IMG/VR virus record: IMGVR_UViG_3300029705_000041
Direction: 5' to 3' (one strand)
Length of the DNA stretch: 64,000 nucleotides
Source: a virus
Taxonomy: Duplodnaviria; Caudoviricetes
Of the stretch, positions 59,027 to 64,000 are shown piece after piece. How positions within the stretch are numbered: position 1 is the first letter of the stretch; each line of letters starts with the position of its first letter. The notes under the pieces were generated by a model. That model saw only the letters and a list, made by a program, of their open reading frames with translations. It ran no database searches and was not told where the DNA came from. Both the position numbers and the translations under genes were made by a program.

Positions 59027-59368
59027 GTGATTCATGTGAGAACAAAAAATACATTAATTAATTTGCAAAATATATCTACTTTGCTACAATATTTGTATAT
59101 GAGTCAAGAGCATTCTATTATATTCAACAATGGTATAGCTGACTTAAAACTTCAAATGAATGAAAACCTTGGTATTAAATGTCAAAACTTAAATTTCCCT
59201 GATTTGCCGCCGACTAATTGGAGTTCAAATATGACACCTGAAAATTGCTATAATATAGTTGAAATTTTAAAGGAAACTCCAAGTGTTGAATTTCCTAATC
59301 ATTTTAAAAATAGATGGGAAGAAATTGCGACAATAACAAAAACTAATTTAAGTTTAAATATAAAATAA
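59027..59368 (+). CDS. hypothetical protein
   Basis: ORF after PARP. Confidence 0.5.
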   Translation: MIHVRTKNTLINLQNISTLLQYLYMSQEHSIIFNNGIADLKLQMNENLGIKCQNLNFPDLPPTNWSSNMTPENCYNIVEILKETPSVEFPNHFKNRWEEIATITKTNLSLNIK

Positions 59369-59427
59369 TTCAGAAAAAGTATTGACAAACAACAAAATAG
59401 GTGGTATAATAAATAAGACAGAAAAAC
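59364..59427 (+). promoter_or_regulatory. sigma-A promoter with conserved box upstream and second box at the start site
   Basis: TTGACA 59382-87, TG-g-TATAAT 59405-10, AATAAGACAGAAAAAC 59412-27. Confidence 0.85.
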
Positions 59428-59503
59428 TATTGAAATTCTGTTGTTAAAAATACTATTTTATTTATCTTATATCACCTATATTTGTTAAATAATGGAGGTA
59501 AAG

Positions 59504-60307
59504 ATGAAAGTAGAAATTATCAATCCAGAAATCGTAGAAAATCTTTATCACAATCATGGCGTTTTTGCTTGCACTTGTTATAATACTCCAGAGAAATATG
59601 CAGACAAAGTAGGCAAGAGTTGTGAACAAGATGGTCATATGAGTGGTAGCAGATGCGAATATATTAAATTTAAAATATCTGATTTAGACAGAGGAACAGC
59701 AGAACAAGCATTAAGACATGAAATTGGAACTGAAATTCCATATGAATTTCAAGATAATTATTCTTTTGCCGATTTTTCTGATTTAATAAAAGATGTAAGT
59801 CCAGACCAGATTGTAAAAAATATGGCATCGTTCAGATACATAGATAAAGATGGTTTTAATTGGGAAACACCACAAACCATACAAAATTGTAATAAGGCTA
59901 AAGATTTATACGATAATTTGATGACACAAATTAATAACACAAGAAAAGAAATAAAGCTTGCTTTGGAAGAAAATGGAGTAGAAAGCAAACGTGCGACACA
60001 AGATGCAAATTTTGTTTTGCCAAGAGCTACTACTACAGAATTTGTTATCGGTTTTACTCCGGAAGCTTTAATTCATTTTTGCCATAAAAGATTGTGTACA
60101 CGTGCGCAAGAATTTATCAGGGAAATGGCGGTCTTGATGAAAAAAGAAATTGAAAAATATTCTGTTGATTTCGCAAAGGAACTTATGCCACATTGTAAAC
60201 ATCTGTTATGGTGTCCAGAAGGCAATCATACTTGTGGTGCTGCACCAACTAAAACACAGTTGATTAATATTATAAATTCTGGAAGTGTGCAAAATGAAAA
60301 AGATTGA
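59504..60307 (+). CDS. thyX: FAD-dependent thymidylate synthase (divergent)
   Basis: GHMS, QALRH..SFRY, DANFVLP, RLCTRAQEFIR. Confidence 0.8.
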   Translation: MKVEIINPEIVENLYHNHGVFACTCYNTPEKYADKVGKSCEQDGHMSGSRCEYIKFKISDLDRGTAEQALRHEIGTEIPYEFQDNYSFADFSDLIKDVSPDQIVKNMASFRYIDKDGFNWETPQTIQNCNKAKDLYDNLMTQINNTRKEIKLALEENGVESKRATQDANFVLPRATTTEFVIGFTPEALIHFCHKRLCTRAQEFIREMAVLMKKEIEKYSVDFAKELMPHCKHLLWCPEGNHTCGAAPTKTQLINIINSGSVQNEKD

Positions 60308-60533
60308 AAGTTTTTGTGTTAGTTGTGGGTTGCCTTGTCTTGGTAGAGCGTGTCCTAACCACTCCGGCACAGTTTATTATTGTGATGAGTGTGGAGATTA
60401 TGCAAAATACCAGATTGAGGATAATGACTACTGTGAGTCATGTGCAAAAGAATATATACAAGAAGCTTTTGACGATTTAACAATGTCAGAAAAAGCGGAA
60501 TTATTGGATATATCTTTGCACGAATATGACTAA
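60294..60533 (+). CDS. Cys-rich hypothetical protein
   Basis: Multiple CxxC. Confidence 0.6.
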   Translation: MKKIESFCVSCGLPCLGRACPNHSGTVYYCDECGDYAKYQIEDNDYCESCAKEYIQEAFDDLTMSEKAELLDISLHEYD

Positions 60534-60561
60534 AATAGTTAGACGTAAGAAAGGATTAAAT

Positions 60562-61149
60562 ATGAAAAAAATTATAACTTTGATGATAACAATATTATTG
60601 TTGCTTAGTATCACAATAAACGTAAATGCAGCATATGAAACTTGTTACGTAACTGCATCTGTTTTAAATTGTAGAACACAACCTAATATGCAAAGTGCAG
60701 TAATTACAACATTTAATCGTGGCAAAGAACTACAGGTCATTGGTGCTGAAGGTAGTTGGTGGCAAGTATATGATGGTAATGTACAAGGCTGGTGCCATAG
60801 TACATACTTATCTATAAATAATACATCTATTAATAGCGCCAATTATACTAATGGTAAATATTTAGGCAACTTCAAAATTTCCTACTACACTTGTTCTAGT
60901 GCAGAAAATGGTGGATGGAATTTGACTGCTAAAGGTCAAAAATTAACTGATGTTGTGGGAATCTGTATTGCTGCTGACCCAAGAGTTATTCCATATTATT
61001 CAAAAGTGTACATTGAGGGAATTGGTGTAAGAACCGTTCTTGATTGTGGTGGCGCTATTAAAGGTAATAAGATTGATGTATTAGTTAGAAATCATAGTGA
61101 TATTCCTTCTTGTGGAGTACATTATTCAAATGTTTATTTGTTAAATTAA
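60562..61149 (+). CDS. secreted SH3b + 3D domain cell-wall protein
   Basis: Signal peptide, LNCRTQP SH3, IAADPRVIP..DCGGAIKGNKIDV. Confidence 0.85.
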   Translation: MKKIITLMITILLLLSITINVNAAYETCYVTASVLNCRTQPNMQSAVITTFNRGKELQVIGAEGSWWQVYDGNVQGWCHSTYLSINNTSINSANYTNGKYLGNFKISYYTCSSAENGGWNLTAKGQKLTDVVGICIAADPRVIPYYSKVYIEGIGVRTVLDCGGAIKGNKIDVLVRNHSDIPSCGVHYSNVYLLN

Positions 61150-61168
61150 TTACCAGGGGGATTATCAT

Positions 61169-61726
61169 ATGATTGTATTAATAGGTGAAAGTGCATCAGG
61201 CAAAACTACTTTAGCGAATGGATTCATCGAAAAATATCCGGAATATCATAAAATAGTTACATATACAACAAGACCTAAAAGAGAAAATGAAGTAGATGGT
61301 GTTGATTATCATTTTATTTCCGATGAAAAATTTGATGAATTAGTCAAACAAGGCTTTTTTGTAGAACACGCAAAATATAGAGATTGGTCTTATGGTACTG
61401 CTAAATCTGACTGTATAAATAATAAGAAAGCAGTTGTAGTTCTAACTCCTTCAGGTTTGAGAAGTTTAAAGAAAATCAATAAAAAAGTTACATCAATATA
61501 TATTTATGTTGACCGCCGCTCCAGACTGATAAATATTTTACTTCGTGGTGATAATATTGACGAGGCATATCGTAGGAATTTATCAGATGTAGGTCAATTC
61601 GATGGAGTTATTGATGAAGTAGACTATGTTATTGATAATACACAATTCCATATGGATGAAAATGAAGTTCTGAAATGTTTAGAGGCAATTTTGAAAAAAG
61701 GTGATGTAAGTGTCAAAAACATTTAA
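61169..61726 (+). CDS. gmk: guanylate kinase
   Basis: GESASGKT, TTRPKRENEVDGVDYHF, YGT. Confidence 0.9.
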   Translation: MIVLIGESASGKTTLANGFIEKYPEYHKIVTYTTRPKRENEVDGVDYHFISDEKFDELVKQGFFVEHAKYRDWSYGTAKSDCINNKKAVVVLTPSGLRSLKKINKKVTSIYIYVDRRSRLINILLRGDNIDEAYRRNLSDVGQFDGVIDEVDYVIDNTQFHMDENEVLKCLEAILKKGDVSVKNI

Positions 61727-62153
61727 AATATACACCGTAGGAAAAATGAAAGATATTTCATATACAAAACAAATGGAATGGAGACTTAAAATTGCCAATC
61801 TTATAAAAAGTAAAACAGAAAAACGTATATCTTTTGTTCATCCGCCACTTTTTTATAATTATGAACAAAAAGATTACAAATCGGAAAGAGAAATTAAGGA
61901 ATGGGAACTAAACCAAGTAAAACAGTGTGATATTCTGATTGTAAACTTAGATGGTATTAACGATAGTATTGGTTCGCATTTTGAAATTAGTGCAGCTGAA
62001 ACAATAAATACAATGAGCGACAAACATATTTATATTATCGGAATAGGTCAAAGCAAAGAACAATTGAATCCATGGATTGAATTAAGCTTGTTTAGACAAG
62101 AAGATGATTTTGAGAATGCAGCCAGATATATTACAGATTATTTATTAATTTAA
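61710..62153 (+). CDS. nucleoside 2-deoxyribosyltransferase-like protein
   Basis: IYTVGKM..WR, CDILIVNL..SIGSHFE. Confidence 0.7.
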   Translation: MSKTFKIYTVGKMKDISYTKQMEWRLKIANLIKSKTEKRISFVHPPLFYNYEQKDYKSEREIKEWELNQVKQCDILIVNLDGINDSIGSHFEISAAETINTMSDKHIYIIGIGQSKEQLNPWIELSLFRQEDDFENAARYITDYLLI

Positions 62154-62194
62154 AATAAGGCAGAAAAAGTATATATTAATAAGGAGCGAATTTA

Positions 62195-64000
62195 ATGAAA
62201 ATTATTAAAAGAGATTGTTCCGAGGTCGAATTTGATAAAAATAAAATTTATGATGCAATTATGAAAGCAATGACTTTTGGCAGTGGCATTATTAAACCGG
62301 AAATTGCAAAAGAAATTGCTGCGGAAATTGAATCAGAGGCAGAATATATCAAAGACCTAGATATTTATACCGTTGAATCTATGGTTTTTGAAAAATTAGT
62401 AGGCAAAAATGAAATCTTAACAGCTAAAGCCTATGAGGGTTATCGTAGAGTAAGAGAATTCCAGAGAGATACTAAAAATTCAACAGATGAATCAATTATG
62501 GAATTATTATCAGGAGAAAGTGATTATTGGAACAATGAAAATTCTAATAAGAATGCAATGCTAGTAACAACACAGAGAGATTACATGGCTGGTATCGAAA
62601 GTGAAGATATTAGTAAGCGTATGTTACTTACTCCGGATATTATTCAAGCTCATGAAGATGGTGTATTACATTTTCATGATATAGATTATTTTGGACAAAA
62701 TGCGATTCACAATTGTGATTTAATCAATCTTGAAGATATGTTAAATAACAATACAGTAATTAGTGGAGTTATGATAGAAAAACCACATAGTTTTTCTACT
62801 GCTTGTAATGTGGCAACACAAATAATTGCACAAGTAGCTTCTTCACAATATGGTGGACAGAGCATAAGCCTTACACACTTAGCACCATTTGTTAATGTAA
62901 GCAGAGAAAAAATTCGTGAAGAAGTAAGAGCAGAAATCACAACTACTTTAGGATTATCTGTTACTGATGTTATTGAAACAGCTGTTGAAGAAATCACAGA
63001 ACAAAGATTAAAAAAGGAAATAAGTAAAGGTGTACAGACAATTCAATATCAAGTTGTAACACTTATGACAACCAACGGTCAAGCTCCTTTCTTATCCGTA
63101 TTTATGTATCTTGGTGAAACAGATGATGAAAGAACAAAAGCTGATTTAGCACTTATCATTGAAGAAGTATTGAAACAAAGAATTCAAGGTGTTAAAAATG
63201 AGAAGGGTATTTGGGTAACACCCGCTTTCCCAAAACTTTTATATGTTTTAGAAAAAGATAATACATATAAAGATAGTAAATATTTCTATCTTACAAAATT
63301 AGCGGCAGAATGTTCAGCTAAAAGACTTGTTCCTGATTACATCTCTGAAAAGAAAATGTTGGAATATAAGATTGATAAAAACGGAAATGGAAATTGTTAT
63401 CCTTGTATGGGATGTCGTTCATTCTTAACACCATATGTTGACGAAAATGGAAAACCAAAGTATTATGGAAGATTCAATCAAGGTGTTGTTACAATTAATC
63501 TTGTAGATATTGCATTATCTTCTGGTAAAGATGTTGAAACATTTTGGAAATTATTTGAAGCAAGAACTGAACTATGTCACAAAGCTTTACAGTTAAGGCA
63601 TCAAAGATTAGAGGGAACACCTTCAGATGTTGCACCTATTTTGTGGCAACATGGTACTTTAGCAAGACTTGAAAAAGGTGAAGTTATTGATGATTTGCTG
63701 CATAATGGATATTCAACAATTTCATTGGGCTATGCTGGTTTGTACGAATGTGTTAAATACATGACAGGTAATAGCCATACAGACGGTGGTGTTGGAGAAA
63801 AATTTGGATTAGATGTTATGCAAGCATTGAATGATAAATGCAAACAATGGAAAGATGCGGAGCATATAGATTATAGCTTGTATGGTAGTCCAATCGAAAG
63901 TACAACTTATAAATTTGCTAAATGTTTGAAAAAGAGATTTGGTGTAGTTGAGGGTATTACAGATAGAGATTATATTACTAATTCTTATCATGTTCCTGTA
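62195..64000 (+). CDS. nrdD: anaerobic ribonucleoside-triphosphate reductase, 3'-truncated
   Basis: ATP-cone KIIKRD, HFHD, HNC, SSQYGGQS, AFPK, MGCRS, TNSYHV; absent from ORF track because the stop lies outside the window. Confidence 0.93.
   Translation, partial: MKIIKRDCSEVEFDKNKIYDAIMKAMTFGSGIIKPEIAKEIAAEIESEAEYIKDLDIYTVESMVFEKLVGKNEILTAKAYEGYRRVREFQRDTKNSTDESIMELLSGESDYWNNENSNKNAMLVTTQRDYMAGIESEDISKRMLLTPDIIQAHEDGVLHFHDIDYFGQNAIHNCDLINLEDMLNNNTVISGVMIEKPHSFSTACNVATQIIAQVASSQYGGQSISLTHLAPFVNVSREKIREEVRAEITTTLGLSVTDVIETAVEEITEQRLKKEISKGVQTIQYQVVTLMTTNGQAPFLSVFMYLGETDDERTKADLALIIEEVLKQRIQGVKNEKGIWVTPAFPKLLYVLEKDNTYKDSKYFYLTKLAAECSAKRLVPDYISEKKMLEYKIDKNGNGNCYPCMGCRSFLTPYVDENGKPKYYGRFNQGVVTINLVDIALSSGKDVETFWKLFEARTELCHKALQLRHQRLEGTPSDVAPILWQHGTLARLEKGEVIDDLLHNGYSTISLGYAGLYECVKYMTGNSHTDGGVGEKFGLDVMQALNDKCKQWKDAEHIDYSLYGSPIESTTYKFAKCLKKRFGVVEGITDRDYITNSYHVPV

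Noticed and set aside
227-63991. Short minus-strand and nested ORFs in the track (e.g. 12956-13735, 7220-7663, 6425-6631, 5728-5976)
   Set aside because: Shadows of + strand genes or overlaps with tRNAs, with no RBS or motifs; only 28818-30267 are credible minus-strand genes.
1-64000. Stop-codon reassignment
   Set aside because: Long genes are intact in code 11, TAA/TAG/TGA all end genes, and there is no suppressor tRNA (Leu TAG/TAA are anticodons).

Overview
AT-rich 64-kb segment of a large tailed-phage genome, probably infecting Clostridiales-type Firmicutes (host is inferred). Genes are almost all on the + strand in standard genetic code. The window carries a tRNA cluster (10 intact tRNAs plus 1 atypical), replication genes (DnaE, DnaB, primase, SSB, Sak-like, LigA), nucleotide metabolism genes (ThyX, Gmk, NrdD, PurA-like, MetK), RNA repair genes (RNA ligase, Pnk-HD, CCA enzyme, Pol-beta NTase), many DNA-modification genes, a P-type ATPase/TerD cluster, PARP/macrodomain/ARH, a Tad2-like protein and an XRE-ImmA switch. 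The best candidate novel system is a 740-aa helical+TerD protein (1596-3818) flanked by seven ncRNA-like units. The units share a scaffold (GGCT..stem..(C)ATCCTTCTA..cargo..stem'..AAT(A/T)TCC) but carry different tRNA-mimic cargos: two circularly permuted tRNAs (Lys- and Gly-like), two isolated anticodon stem-loops (Lys UUU, Ser GCU) and a lone T-arm. This resembles a Ro/Y-RNA-like array. Other notable signals: a split, circularly permuted C5-MTase with stand-alone TRD-like cassettes; four DNA-modification genes each broken by a -1 shift at a G5/C5 run; a DGR-like adenine-depleted variable region; a genome-wide asymmetric CAGAAAAAGTA motif fused to sigma-A promoters; and a large structured RNA among the tRNAs. 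All assignments were made by eye and no database searches were run.
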